Shown: piece after piece, positions 1 to 13,629 of the stretch
Position numbering within the stretch: position 1 is the first letter of the stretch
Layout of the letters: each line of letters opens with the position of its first letter
Origin: Amphiscolops sp. MND2022
Taxonomy: Eukaryota
DNA: 64,000 nucleotides
NCBI GenBank assembly: GCA_964187785.1
Contig: OZ076411.1
Span: 31,124,001-31,188,000 of the forward strand
Direction of reading: 5' to 3'
Translations under genes and position numbers: made by a program
Notes under the pieces: model-generated
Told to the model about the DNA's origin: nothing
Databases searched by the model: none
The model's input: only the letters and a program-made list of their open reading frames with translations

Positions 1-320
1 GGGCGGATTTAATCTTTTGGTATGCATTAAGTGAGAGGATAGACACTCCTGAACCGGTGCCTACCATGTCATACAAAGGGATGGGTTCTTGTAGAGTGTT
101 GCCAAAAGCAACCACTAGTGATGCCCTTTCGTCTATTCGAGCTTCCCCCTGTGCGTCTTGCACATCAATATTGTAACATCGCAACTCCTGGTGGCCTAAG
201 TATAATCCGTGTGGGAAGTGTCCTTCTAGGAGTACTATTACGTCAAATTTCATGTCAACGCCATCTATGTTGATAGCAACTGGAACCGGAGAGATTGTTT
301 TTACTTTTTGGATATGCGCT
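1..320 (-). pseudogene. pol: Aspartic protease start of Gypsy pol; the catalytic Asp position reads Gly
   Basis: Manual translation ...PIPLYDMVGTGSGVSILSLNAYQKIKSA matches the retropepsin hhDTGSxhSh motif with D>G. It is frameshifted relative to the 319-1401 ORF. Confidence 0.65.
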
Positions 321-1401
321 AGTTTAGTTTCATCATCTCTAGCGAAGCGTGGTAGCGGTCAAGCGGCAACCGTGTATATGGTATTTCTACACACAGCTCT
401 TCTTTCAATTGAGCTAGCGTCAGTTCAGGGCGCGACTTTTGTTCACCCGAAAGAAGCAAATGTGTAGAAATGAGGGTTTCGGTGCAATTCGGTGCAGGCG
501 CTTCTAACGTGGTGTGCACTTGTTTCTGGCCACAGGTGACAATATTGGGGCGTGAGGGTCCTCCGGCTTCTGCGACCGAAATCACTCGGACTTGATCGTC
601 CTGTGTTACGCTATCGAACTGGTTGGCCTGCGGGGCATACCATGCCGCTCTAACTTGTTCTTCTTGTCTCGGGTGTTCTGGAGCCATACACTCGGACGGT
701 GAATGTTCGGTGCAGCCACAATATACGCAAAAGGCGACGGTTCTCTGAATTGGTAGTGATGCTGGGTAGACTTCGTTATTCAGTCCGTGTGGCTGTGATG
801 GACAAGTCCATCCTCCGGTTGGATTCGTATGACAGGAGTTCACTTGTTGTTGCACTGGCTTTCGTGTGCGATCTTTCAGTGGGCAGTCTATCACGAAATG
901 TGATGGGTCGCTGCAATTGAAACATGCTCTTTGAGGTTGCTGTCGGTAAGGTGCCGGCTGTTGAGGTGGGGGCTGTTGAGCATGTTGTGCTGGTGGGGGA
1001 ATTGCCGGAGGCAATTTCGGTTGTATATTGGGTTGTGGAGGTTGTTGTTGCTGTGCAGCAGCCATTTGGTAATTGTCCGGGCGAGATGAACCACGCATAC
1101 GAAGATATTGCTGGACAATGAAGCGAAGCGCTTCCACTGTCGGAGGTGCCTCTACGTATTGTTCTGGAGCGTACATTAGCGCGAGATTTCGTTTTAGCTC
1201 GAAGTTGCGTACTCCCTCTATGAATCTCTGCATGATTTCGTATCGTCGAACGGTTACTTCTTTGTTGGGGTAGCCCTGGCTACGCAAACCTTCAAGGGCA
1301 TCAAGGTACTGCATATAATCTTCTTCGTTGTTTTGGTTGCGGGTTCGAAATTGTTGTTGGATGTGGATTTTGCTTGATCCAGTTCCAAATCGACGTGCCA
1401 A
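319..1401 (-). pseudogene. gag: gag C-terminal part with a Gln/Pro-rich linker and two zinc knuckles
   Basis: CFNCSDPSHFVIDC and CVYCGCTEHSPSEC (both Cx2Cx4Hx4C); the ORF starts at a non-ATG codon after an upstream break. Confidence 0.8.
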
Positions 1402-1725
1402 TAATGCGAAGACTCTACCGTCAGTGTCCCTTTCTGCCTCGGACTTGTTGGTGATATAATCTCTTGCTTCGTGTTCTAAGTACTCGATTATTGTCCAGGT
1501 TTTGTCGAGAGGGGTGGCCCTGGCGTGCGCTTTCTCTAGATCATCAATCCGTCAGCATTGCCGTCTTTCGTTCCTCGATACTTTATGGGCTTGTTTTTTG
1601 ATTCTTTGGCCGCTAGTAGCGGTTCCAGGACCTTCGACATGGCGGTCGATATGGCTTCTGCCAGCGCTTGCCGTTGGCTTGTTCTTGGAGTGTCGGGGTT
1701 GCGTTCGAAGCTTCGGGAGTTTCCT

Positions 1726-3293
1726 CTATTTCGCCGTGATCTTGCTCCAAATTTCGTTTGGTCGTGAGTTTCGTTGCGTGCTGGTGGCCATTGGCCGCGG
1801 GATAAAGTCTGTATACGTTTGCTTGTGCGGGTTGACGCTCGTATTGGTTCGAGCGGTGTAGTAATTTGACTCTCTTGTAGTCATTCCGCTCGCAGGTGAA
1901 TAGTAGTCTCCCGTCGTTGATGCACCATGGGCGAAAGGATCAAATGAGACACTAGTTAGGGGGTCAGTACCATTATCGCGTGACACAGCTTGGATTACTC
2001 TTGCCATTTTGTTGGTTTTTGGTAGGTCTCTTTTGTATGTTGCAAGTGGTATTAGTTTCAAAGGCTTGGTTTGTTCGAAACTGGGTTGTGCTTGTGTTGG
2101 TAACGGAGCTGCATTGATAGAAGGCAAATCGTTTAGGTGGGGTATCATAGGCTCCGCTGGCGTTGTTTTTGCTTGCGTAGCTGCCGTTTGAGACGCCAAG
2201 GCTATCACTCCTAACGTCAGATCCTTCATTGTAGTCATTAGGTCTATCATACGGGCATTTGCCTCGGTTTCTTTGCGCTGCATTAGATCGGACATTAGTT
2301 TCATGCGTTCGTCGGCTTGACAATCTCTTTCTTTCATCACGGCTGACATCTCAGCCATGCGAGTATCGACCATGTTTCCTCGCTGCTTAAATAAATCGTT
2401 CAGGGGAGCCATGGATGCTTCGAGTCTTCCTTGGTTTTGGCGTCCTTACGCTTGTATTTCCAAGAGACCCTTTCTCATTTCATCCATATCTTTCATGATA
2501 ACGTCGGCTCGCATTGTGTGTTTGTTATTTTCCCGCGCCAACCGTGAGTGTATTCGTGAGAGTTGAGCTAGACTACTTCGAAAGTCCTCCCTGACTGTTT
2601 GCGATTCTTTTCTAATTTTAGTGATAGCTGAATCTGGGGCCGTTTCCGCGCTCGCTCTGGAGTTAGGCGTGTAAGTTGATCGCTCGGTGTTTCCTGGACC
2701 GAAGCTTAGGTTTCGTGATGGAGGCGTCCTGAAGACATACCGCAGTGGTTTATCATCGATTTGGGTTCGTTGGTTTTCGTTCGGTTTGTTCGGTGCCTTA
2801 GATGTGTCTCCTGGTTGTGTGTATCCGCTCAGAAAAGGATTTCGGCCTACGCCTTTGGTTAGCGTATGGGAACCCGATGGGTTCCTGTGGATCGATGGAG
2901 TGCGTGGAGCCGCCACCGGAGTTGCGACATTACTGTCTTGCGATGCAGCTTCTTCGGTGGTGTTTATTTCGCACAATGGTTTTTTGTTTGAGTTTGGCCA
3001 TCCCTCTAAACTATAGTCGGTGACTTCTATAGGGGGTTATTTTCAGCACCATCCACTGGATTAATACTGTCGAGGGAAGCTTGCGACGAACCGGGCTGCT
3101 GGGTAGCGGCTGTCATTTCCACGTTTTGTTCCGAATTGGGGATGTAGTTGGACATGAGTTCTGAAAACATATCTACTATGGTGGATTCGAGGAGATTTTC
3201 AGTGAGGGTTTCCCAGTTGATCATGGTTCCCGTTGCGCTGCCGAATGGATTCGTAGCATGGAAATTTCCGAGTTCGTTCCAGTCCGTTTTCAC
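1726..3293 (-). pseudogene. gag: Fragmented gag N-terminal region (coiled-coil and low-complexity pieces)
   Basis: Three consecutive minus ORFs (3027-3293, 2446-2976, 1726-2412) collinear with the knuckle ORF and broken by stops or frameshifts. Confidence 0.55.
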
Positions 3294-5820
3294 AAATTTT
3301 GCTGTATAGGAAACGATTGTGGTTCGAGTTCTTGCTTTCGTTTGTGGTTGGGTTACCTATCCTACCCTTCCCCCTTCGAAATGGAAGCCGGTGGATGTAG
3401 CGGGGAATTTACCGCCTCTGTGGTTAACCCAATTTCAGAGGTGACTAAGCCTGTGTGGTGATAATTCACTTTGGCAGGTGTAGTTTCTCGGATTAATGAT
3501 CAACCAAAGAAAGTATAAATTTTTTGCTAGCTCTGTTAACTAAACTAAAATTATACTACCTACTAAGATTAACTGAAAGTTTTGATTTCTTCCACTGAGT
3601 GGAATGGGTTGGAATTCAATTAAAATTCTTTTTTGATTACTAGGACAAGAAGGTACAGATTATTGTGCACCGATTCTTCCTTGAAACAGTCGTGGGTGAT
3701 ACAACTGATAATTGACAGAAGTTTCGGGTGGCTGTTGTTTAGGTTTGATAGTGGTTGTCGGGATGGTCTTAGCACAATGCGCTTTTTGAACAGTTATTTA
3801 CGATACTCGCTACGCTTTTCTAGTTGATTAATTATGGTACCGTAGGCTAATTGGGTATGGAGGTGGATTTCGCGAGTTGGTATGGATAAAAGCACTGAGC
3901 TTGAACGGATTGTTCGGACCGTGAGGCGATACTATTCAGCTATGCGTTCACTTTTCCAGCTAGCTTGATTCTTGACTTTCCATTTTCTTGTCTCTCAGAG
4001 TGTATCTTTGGGAGTCCCTGGTTTTGAAAATGCTGAGGTGGTAGTTTTATTGGTTCTGCGGGACGCGTTGGGATGCCCCACATGCACAAGAGGTGTTTCA
4101 AGGTATTTGGAAGCTAGTTTTGGGATCGAAAGTGCTCGATTCTTCGTTCAAAAGCGTAAAATCAATGATTTTTTCGTCAAATCGTGTGTCTGGAGAGGAT
4201 GAAAATTAATTCCAGCGCTAATAGCGACCTGAAAAGTTCACACCATTTATTAAACTAGTTGAATCGTAGAAAATTGATCACCGATTGCGCAGAAAATGAC
4301 TCTGTGAGTTTTACGGTCACTTAACAATGTCTACTGATAAATTGACTATGTCGTGAAATTCAAAAAAGTCAGTCAAACTCGCCTTCTAGGCGCACTAGGT
4401 ACCTGAAAATTTGTATGCGAGCGTAAATTATGCGCACGTAACAGAAAAACACACGGCGGCGAGGTGCCTGGATGAACAGTTGACGATTCGAAGTGACAAA
4501 TCTATGATGTACCTGAGGTACCACTTTTTCGGGTCAAAATTCACAAAAAAGTCAATTTCTCAGCTTTGGCTAGCCGGTGGCTGCTCAAAATGCACAAATC
4601 GTCGGGATCTAGTGCCGTATGTACAAAAATGCAAAAATTTTAGAACTGGGAAACCTGTAAAGTATTGCACTATTCTCAACTAAAAATGAAATATTTCTAC
4701 AAAATCGTACACGTTTTGAGCAAAACTGCGGCTAAACTTTCTCGATCACTAGTAATGCAAGCGCAATGAAAATTACACCGCGAACGTAACTTTTTGTGGT
4801 CTACACGATGGTGCATTCCGTTTTGAGTTGCTCCTACTAGGAGAGATTTCGACCTGCTCTGGGAGCACTACACCAATGTTCCAAAATTGTCACTAAAATC
4901 ACACGTTTTTGGCTATTTCTCGGCAACCACTGGTTGGAATCACTCGGGGTTTTCTGCGTTTGTAACGTTTTACCCTATACTAACAGAAAACAGGCAAGCG
5001 AGACCTGGTAAGTTCCAAACAAGGTCTTCAAAACTTTTATTTAAGTTGTACTTTTTACACTCTCGGAACAGTGCAGAAAATGCTCGTTTTACAAGAACTT
5101 TATATCTCTTGGTGTTTTAATGTTCCAAATGGTTTTATCAGTAGTGTATGGACGTGTGACAACTTTATTTAGAGGTCTGGGGTTGTTTCGATAATTAATT
5201 TGGTTTCAAAAACACTCAGGTCTTTTCACTGGGGTTCCTCTACTCAGGCCTGTATGTAATAAAAGAAAGGGACTGATAAAATTTTAATTTATATTGGGGA
5301 AAGCGAAAAACCGTCTTGGCAGCAGTGGTATTTGCTGCCAAGCTCAACAACAAAACTTTTGGGCCTTTCAAAAGGCTTGGGAGCTAATGCCCAAGGCTTT
5401 GGCCGTGTCAAATTGGGTCAAAATGGCCAAATTTGACAATTTTCTAATAGATTTTGCTAATTTTTCGTTGTTTTCGACAAACTGGTTCTGCAAAAATTTT
5501 TGTTCCTGACCCGGTGGGTCTGTTGCAACGTTTTTCTAGTGTTCCCACTGGTCGTACTCTGTTTAAGAAAATTTTGGTCTACGAAAAATTTCGGTGTTTG
5601 AGCTATAAATAGCACTATTTTCGAGGTTTTTGAGCTGAAGTTTTTTAACAACTGGTCTGAACACCCTCTGGGTATTTTTCCAGTTAGCTATTATAGGAAT
5701 AGGCCTGGGAATACTCTTTTTGGGCCGTAAAAAGCAATCGGAACGAAATAACCCAGCTGGTTTCGTAGATTCGGCAGTAGCAGGTGGTGAGGAGGTCACA
5801 ACGTGAAGTACCTGACGCCT

Positions 5821-6635
5821 TGTAGTCAGCTGGTTGGGGTGTTCACGAATCGTCCTCTCGGTCCCTGTACATTGTTAATTTGCTGAAAATAAGCTGGAAA
5901 ATCCGTTAAGACACGTTCCGGATAGACCGGAATTGCTTTTCTATTAGGTAAAAGTAGAGTTTAAGGGGGTACACCGTTAGAAAGTGCTAACTTCTCATTG
6001 TAGACCTCAGAAACATGCAGGAAACGCAGGAACAACACTAGTAGAAAACCCAGAGGGCTAGAAAACAATTCAAGGGAGGAACCTAGATTATAAAAACAAT
6101 CTAGGTTCCTCCCTTGAACTTTTCCTAGATCAGGACCTAACAGGGCCGGAAAGCAGAAGTTGCTCCTACTTGTACGCAAAATGAAAAATAACCCTCTGTG
6201 GTCGCCATTAAAACTATTCCAGATGTAACGACCAGCTAGCAACGCACATCTAGGAAGAAGGACAATGCCTAGGGTGCTTAAACAGCAGGAGACCGCTGTC
6301 TTACTACATCCCTAGACACTAGTTTTTGATCCCAAAATGGTCTCCTAGGGGAAGTTTTCTATCGTCTAAGGAGGCTTCTCTAATTAGAGCTCCGAAACAA
6401 CGTGCCGGCACTCTCAACGTCCGGACACGCCCCCACAAGCCTGTAAAAACGTTACCTAATGCTTCTAGTGCGTTTCTACGACTTCCTACAAACTTCCGAG
6501 GTCCAAAAAGGTGTTCAACTGAAATACATTACATTGAGTGAATAAGGACTAAAATGGAGACCTACTAGGTCAAACATCATCCAAATACTCGGAAAATAGT
6601 AATAAAGCACGGGGATAAGCCCCAATTACATTACA
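5821..6635 (-). repeat. Candidate 5' LTR (about 815 bp) of the left Gypsy element
   Basis: Minus strand begins TGTAATGTAATTGG at 6635 and ends GCTGACTACA at 5821 (TGTA...TACA). It is followed by the PBS-like AGGCGTCAGG. The partner LTR is outside the window. Confidence 0.5.
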
Positions 6636-7094
6636 GTTTATCGTCGACCATCAATTTCTTGCCTCTGGCATCATTCCGTCTTTTCGGGTATTCTTCCAAG
6701 AGAGGCACAACACTCTGCTCGTCTCGTTTTTTCGAATATCGTCTGGTTCTTCTCCATATTCGTGTATTTTCTCAATCTTTCTCCCACGTGCTCTCTTCTT
6801 TGCTCTGCCTTCGCGTGTTCTCCTTTTTTGTTCATGCTTTCGTACCTGCTAGGTTGGCTCTTTTTATTGTTCTATTTCGATATCGCACATTTCGAATTTT
6901 TCATCGAAATGTTGTCATGCCGGTGGCTGACGTTACAAAAAATTACTCGGCGAAATTTAGCTTCGAGAAATTGAGGTAAGAAGTATAGCAACCCACTAAA
7001 GTATCTAGACACTAAAGCAACAATTTAGAGCAAACAGGATTCGAACCTATTCTTCCAAGTCGCGAACTGACGAATTAGGTGCCTTTTGTAGATC

Positions 7095-7535
7095 ACCAGT
7101 TTGTAGAATTCTAACAAGTGGTCCTAGCTGCTCCAGTTTGTAGAATTTCTTTCTACAAACTGGATCGTTAAATTCTACAAACTGGATCATTAAATTCTAC
7201 AAACTGGATCATTAAATTTTACAAACAGGACATCATTCAAACAAGATCCTGAGTGCTTCACCGCCTGAAATCTAGAGGAAGAAGATCCAAAAACTGAAAT
7301 GTGGGGCATATACGGGGTATGCAAGCTGCCCCTCACCGTCGTAAAGACGAGCTCCCACTACGATTGCTTCGCGATCTCCGTTCCCGCTAGGTCTTCGCTC
7401 CTGTTTCTTCTCTCCTAACCAGTTTCTAGAAAACCAGTTTGTAGAATTCAGTATGTAGAAAAAAATCTTCAACTGGACCTCACTTTTCTACAAACTGGAT
7501 TCTACAAACTGGTTTTCTACAAATTGGTTCCATTC
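7095..7535. repeat. Arrays of the CTACAAACTGG motif in both orientations, including 21-bp tandem units
   Basis: CCAGTTTGTAG and CTACAAACTGG recur about 10 times in two clusters (7095-7230 and 7420-7535). Confidence 0.8.
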
Positions 7536-7743
7536 AGTGCTGACCTTTCCAGTACAGCTTCGATATTTGAGCAATCTGTCTAGACTTATAAACCAAATTA
7601 GTGGTTGTTATGATACTCCCCCTCAGAAGAGTTCCTATCTCGCAGTCACCAAGCTCAAGGACAACATTCGATAAGAGCAACCCTTGTCAACTATACCACA
7701 ATAGCAACCCTCTAAACTATCTAGACACTGAAGCAAAGATTTA

Positions 7744-7811
7744 GAGCTGACAGGGTTCGAACCAATTCCTCCAAGTCGCGACCAAGCGTGTTCTCCATTA
7801 CACTAGAGCTC
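7744..7811 (-). repeat. tRNA-derived SINE-like head; a diverged split copy lies at about 6980-7065 and 7550-7615
   Basis: Minus strand has an A-box (TAGTGTAATGG), a B-box (GGTTCGAACCC) and GAGCT...AGCTC ends. The anticodon arm is not canonical. Flanking sequence is shared with the 6980-7065 copy. Confidence 0.55.
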
Positions 7812-8559
7812 GACATTTGAGCAATCCGTCTAGACATATGAACAAGTTAGTGGTTGTTATAGAAGTATTAACTTACAAAATTAGAAATAGTAACTACTAG
7901 TAAAAAAAATTCAAACGCACCTCTGTCGCTCACAGTTCCAAGAACAAAGGCCGCATTGCCCATCTGGAGATTCTTTGAGATCCGTTGCATCGGAAAGCGA
8001 CCAACTCTTTGGTCATCGTGCGAAAGACAGAGCATTTTACAGCGACGCGTAAAAAAAATTTCAATGCTTCCGCCTACGAAACCATGTTGGCCATCGAGTG
8101 AAAAATGTATCCAATATTTATCAATTTGCAATACTTTTCGTTTTCACGAGGTTCAACTTCGATTGCGGTGGTAACCGGGGTTGCAAAAGGAGAGTTTATA
8201 CAGTCAACTGGGTGCAAGAGCAACCTCAACCGTGACAATCGCACCAGCTGTTTACCACTTTCTCAGGGAATCATGATATCACCGTCTGTCTGTTTACCAT
8301 CAGTTCGGTACTGTCCACGCGGATCGAGCATTGAAATGAAGTCGAGAGTTCCCTACGTCTGCTTTATGAGAGAATGGAAAGTATCATGACGTGAGAAGCG
8401 ACTAGCGCCATTGTGTCGTATTTCCTCCGAATCAAAACACTTTTCAAGAAAAGTTAGTATTCACTAGAATGCACATACCAAAGGGACATCGACATCTGAA
8501 ATAAAGCAAACAACGGTTAAAGCAATGCTTGATAAAGACAAAGAATGCAGTTAAAACAT

Positions 8560-11500
8560 TATCCCCTTTCCAAGAGTTCTCATTGCTACTTGCAAATTTA
8601 GTCGCTGAATTCCGGGATCGGCTTCCTCACACATGCAGACGTCCTACTGGGGAACTCGGGAGTAGTAGAAGACTGTACAACTAAAGTTGTGTCTATGCTA
8701 GAAACGCAGGTCGAAATTGTTCCGCCACTCCCGTGGTCGTTGCAACATCTGTGGTAGATCACTAGATCGAGTCAACGGTAGTGGGACTTGGGAAAGAGAA
8801 CCAATTTGGCTAGTACTTGCTAGAATTGTTCTCGCAGACCCATCTGAGATTTCCAGAGTGAGGCATGCTGCAATATTGCCCTTTTCAACGACATGAATCA
8901 CAGGAAAAGGCGCAGTGTGAGGTCAGCACGAAAGACCACACGCTCTCCGATGGGATAAATGATGACAGCAGGGACGCGCATTTTCCGTTCAAGTAGAATT
9001 TCCGGGGGACTCTTCTCTCTCTCAGAAAAAGTATTACGGTGTATGAACAGAACTCGTTGCAGAAATGCATTGAAAGTGACGAGTTCCATGCACTCATTGC
9101 TTCCTTTACAAACTGCACAGCCCGTTTATCAAGTCCATCACTCCTTGGTTTGTGGATTGGACTCTCTGATGTGGTGCAACCTTGTGCCTGTAACTACGTG
9201 ACATTTTTGTCGTTGATAAATTCCTTAGGATTGTCGGAAACTATTTTGTGCGGAACCCAAATCTCCCAAAAATGGCGGACAGACAATGCATGACTTTTTC
9301 CGTGGTGCGGTCACCGCATACAAACTCTTCTATCCAACCAGAACCAGCGGCAATACTAAAAATGTTGCTGTTGCCTACTTCTTGGATATAAGCTTAATCC
9401 ATGTGTAGTGTCTCCCATGGCTGTCATCTGGCCAAGTGTCGACTGATTTCTCAGTTTGTGGTCGGATTTTGGCACATTCAGAGCAGGTACTTACGAATTG
9501 TCAAACTTCTGTTCCGGCTCAAACACCAAGAGATTGGTTTCATCGTGGTCTTAGTTGTCTGTACACCAGGATGCGTATCATGAGCTTGTTCAATGACGAT
9601 GTTACGCATTCATGGCGGAATGTACGGTTTGGTTGCGTTGTATAGCAGCCCGTTCTCGACAGTGAGAATGTGCAGATAATTTCTTGAAAATATATATTGC
9701 TTGAGTACATGTTTTTAAATCGCCATGGATTACACGGCTGTTAATTCGCTTCGCCAATTAATCATGTTCACATCCATTCCTCAGCTCTTCGAATGGAAAG
9801 AGTTTATGCTACGCAAAGTGAACACAGAATTCATCAAGATTGGGACATGAGTAGTCGACTAGATTCCACTCATTGTCATCTTGATCGAAATTCCGTCTAG
9901 ACATGGCTTCGGCATAAAGAATTGAAGAATCTTCTTTGTATCTAATCTCATTGTCAAAGGCCATAAGCGAAATAGCCAATCTTGTGATTCTTGCTGATAC
10001 GGTTTTTGCGAGTTCCTTGTTTGAAGCAATTATGAAATCCAGGGGACGTTGATCAGTTTCGAACTTGAATTTCCGGCCAAGTAAAAACTTCTTCAGGCGT
10101 TTGACCACAAAAACGATCCCTAGGGCTTCACGCTCAATGTTAGGGTACCTTTGGTCAGCTTGAGACAATTTCTTTGATACACAAAGTACAAGCTGCCTTT
10201 CCTGAGAAAGGACTCTTTCCGCCAATTGCTGTGATCTTTACTTCCTATTCAGAGAATACGGCTGAAAAAACATGTTTCGATGCTAACTCAAACTTCAGCC
10301 CTTCGAATGCACGTTGACATTTTTCGGTCCACCGGAACTGAGCCTCGGACATCTTCGGCAGATCAGAGATTGGGGCAATTGGGTGTGAAGTTCAGGAAGA
10401 ACCGACCGTAGAAGTTGGCCAATCCGCAAAACTTTGAAACTAACTTAACACTTTGATTTTCTTGTTTTTTTAGAAGGCGATCATCGGAAACAAACCGGAT
10501 TTTTGAACATGTAAAATCGAGCAAAGTGATTTTCTCCATGATATTTCCACACTTGATTTCATTACTGGTGAACGCCTTGTCTTTCAGGCGATTCTGACCC
10601 GCCCTCCAACGCTTCTCACATCAATTGTTTGTACTTCCGTATACCAGTACGTCGTCTTGAAAACAGATTGTTTCAACCAATCAACTGAGAGTGTTCTCGA
10701 TTATTCGCAGGAACATTCCGGACGCCTTTTTCACTCCTTGAGGTAGTCTGAGTTACTGGAAGAGACCGATTGTTGTGTTAATGACACAAATACCTTGCGC
10801 AGCATCATCCAACCCTATTTGGTAAGGAGCAGAGGATAAGTCATACTGTACATGAAACTTAGATCCTTCCAGTTCGTGAAATAAAGTTTCCATGTCGGGA
10901 AGCTGATAGTCTCCAGTCATGACTTTATCGTTTACATGAACTTTGAAGTGTGCACAAAGCCTTAAAGATACGACGTTCTATCTTTGCCACACGACTGGCG
11001 ATGCGTTCGTAACACCACTTGAATTGACTGTCGAATGGTTCCCTGTGCGTGCGGTTTCGCTAGTTCAATCTTGACCTGGGCATCCATGGCAAGTGTAATT
11101 ATTTGAACGCGACAAAAACAAGTTTTGCGGCAGGCCTCAACTTAATCGTGGCATCAACTCCTTCAATGGCAGGCAAGACTTTTACAACAGGTAAAGACGC
11201 GTTGTGAATGTGATGAATTCTGATCACGTCTCTGCCGATTGATTCCAATTCTTTTTCGGTTTCGATAACTGCAACGTCAACGCTATGAATTTTTTTTACC
11301 AAAGGGATCTCATTGATTAGATACCCAAGATGCAGCATTCTGTGTCCACCATACGCTTCAACCCAATGGGGGTTAGTGCTCAAGGCTGGAGACCAAATTC
11401 TCCGCCAAATTTTCGTTTGGAAAAAGTCACTGAAGAACCAGGATCGTTCTGCATTCGAACGTCATGTCCATTTAGCTTGATACTATTCAATTCAGCTTTG

Positions 11501-12480
11501 CTTCCAATGTGATGGACTTCATCCACATGCGCGATTTGTTCTGCATTATACAAGGTTTGTTTGGAGGAGGAGAGATCTTCGAATTCTTGTTCTTTACAAG
11601 TATGTTACACAGTTGCATTTGATTTTCGGTAGGTTTTCCTCTCAGTTCTCGAGGCTTCTTGGTTTTTTAGCTATGCACATTCTGGAGTAGTGTCCTCGCT
11701 TCGGACAATTGCGACACTATTCATCCTTAGCAGGGCACTCAAAAAGTGGGTGGAATGACTTTCGTCCACATCGTCCACATTGCTCTGGCTTCTGATGGCG
11801 ACTCAATTTTTTTTATATTATGGGACCACGTTTGCCGCATATTCAACTACACTTGAAGTTGACTGATGAACTGAACTCTCAGCAAATCTCTTGGACTGGG
11901 TTTTTCCTTGAATCAGCTGAAGCAGTTTTTCCACAGTCAAATTGACGTTTGCTCTGAGTGCTTCAAGCAACTTGAGTTTTGATTCGCTGTCTCGTAGTCC
12001 GGCGATGAATTGTAATCGGATCATTTCAGCTTCAGGATCCGGAGAAGCTTTGAGATCGACAAACTTACAATAAAGCGGAGCCTCTCGGAGCCTAGCAAGG
12101 TAGTCGGTTTCTGCTTCTTCCTCCCCTTGAGACATCTGAAGGAAGCCAGTGCGATCTGCAACCACCAGTCTCTCTTGTGGTCTCAAGTAATTTATGAGAT
12201 CCTTACGAATGTCTATGAATTTCATGTGTTCCAAGTTTCAGGGCGTGACGACCCTACTGATCTTCATCTTTGCTTCGAGGCCGCATTGGCTCATGTAAAA
12301 ATCATTCACCTGATAATCTTTTGCTATGGCAGCGACAGCTGGCGGTCCAATAGTTCCAGGTGTTGCACCGATGTCCTAATCTTTTCAACACGCGCTCGCG
12401 CCTCGAATGCTTTGAGCTACCTACATAAGTGCTTCATCGGGTTCCTTTGGGTTCAATTCCGGTTTACCCATTAATTTTAG
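8560..12480 (-). mobile_element. Degenerate Mag-like Ty3/Gypsy internal region (gag, RT, RNase H, integrase remnants)
   Basis: gag 11818-12234 (DYLARLRE...MIRLQFIAGLRD). RT at about 10640-10975 (YDLSSAPYQI, RLPQG, FQDDVLVYG). RNase H 9809-10225 (SKKLSQADQRYPNIEREALGIVFVV, ETDQRPL). PPT-like GGAAAGGGGA at about 8562-8571. Many stops. Confidence 0.8.
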
Positions 12481-13629
12481 TGATGACTATTCAAAAAAAC
12501 GATTCGAACAGTTTGCGTCTTAATGGCTAAGAACTACTAACAGAGATTTGAGTCCAAGACTCTGAAAGCTCACATTCAAATGTCTTCTCTCGCTCGCTTA
12601 GCCTCTCTGCGCTGCTCGTGAGTTCTTCGCTTGGTGCCTCTTGTTATAGAGATCTTCCTCAAGTTCGGGGATAAATGGAGTACTACACTCACAGATCTGA
12701 GTTTGAGATTGCTGGATTGATGGGCAACGTTTCGTATTTTTCAACGAGAACGTCACTGCGCTGCTCTGTCTTGCTCAAAATATCTGTCGTGACTTGGATG
12801 ATTGGGCAGTCCAATGTTAGCAGGTCTTCAAAGATATTCAGTGACACTGTACATTGACAGTATACTATGCTGCAAAAGTTTGTGAGACTTCGCAATGAAG
12901 CCAACAGCTGAGTTGTACTGTGATGCTGATAGCTGTTACTTCTGTGGGGTGTGATAGTATCGTTATTCAGATCTTGCCATAGGATCATTTTCGAATTTTT
13001 CAGTTCTTCAGTTTTTAGATAGTTGTAAACGTCTTTCGACTTGTTCACGGACTCTGGCTTAAAGCTGAAGCTGGGACCGGCGTGGAAGAGTTCTCGTAGT
13101 TGTTAACGAAACCTGATTTGAAGATCCTTAATAGAATTGTACCGTACAATTCTGTGACAGTGTACTGGCAGCAAAGATCTTGAGCATGCTAACCTTGAAA
13201 TCTCTTCTGGTTTGGACACCATATGTCGTTTTGCCAGCGGATCAAAACACTTTTCAATAAACAGTAATATTCACTAGAAGGCACATACCAAAGGGACATC
13301 GACTTCTAAAATAGAGCAAACATCGATTACAGCGAAATGTGAGGAAGACAAAGAAATCATTATACACATCACCTTGAAGTAGGAAAGACGGTGTGAACCG
13401 AACCGTCCCGCTCAGTTCTTGTATCACAGTGGATCGAATGCGCAACACAGATGTTCGCTCCAATTCAAACGAAGCACAAAAGGGGCAACTTCGTAGGTAT
13501 TCCATACTGAAATCCCAGCAAGATGTATGGGAAAAGCAGGTTATTGAACAGGAAAAGGTTATGGAAATGTTGAAACACTGGATGCGCATTAAGTTTTTTT
13601 GCGTTGAAAAATGGCTTTAGTCTGCCAAA

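Larger units (their letters stand above)
1..6635 (-). mobile_element. 5' half of a degenerate Ty3/Gypsy LTR retrotransposon (LTR, long leader, gag, start of protease); runs off the left edge
   Basis: Minus-strand gag-like ORF fragments 3293-319 with two CCHC knuckles. Protease-like motif MV(G)TGSGVSIL at about 40-70. Candidate LTR at 5821-6635. Confidence 0.8.

Noticed and set aside
7095-7535. CRISPR-like array
   Set aside because: Eukaryotic context, repeats in both orientations, no unique regular spacers, no cas genes.
7744-7811. Functional tRNA gene
   Set aside because: A and B boxes are present but the anticodon arm does not pair, and diverged copies share flanks, so it is treated as SINE-like.
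12675-13620. Short ORFs as host genes
   Set aside because: No recognisable domain or consistent splice pattern, and they lie among TE debris.
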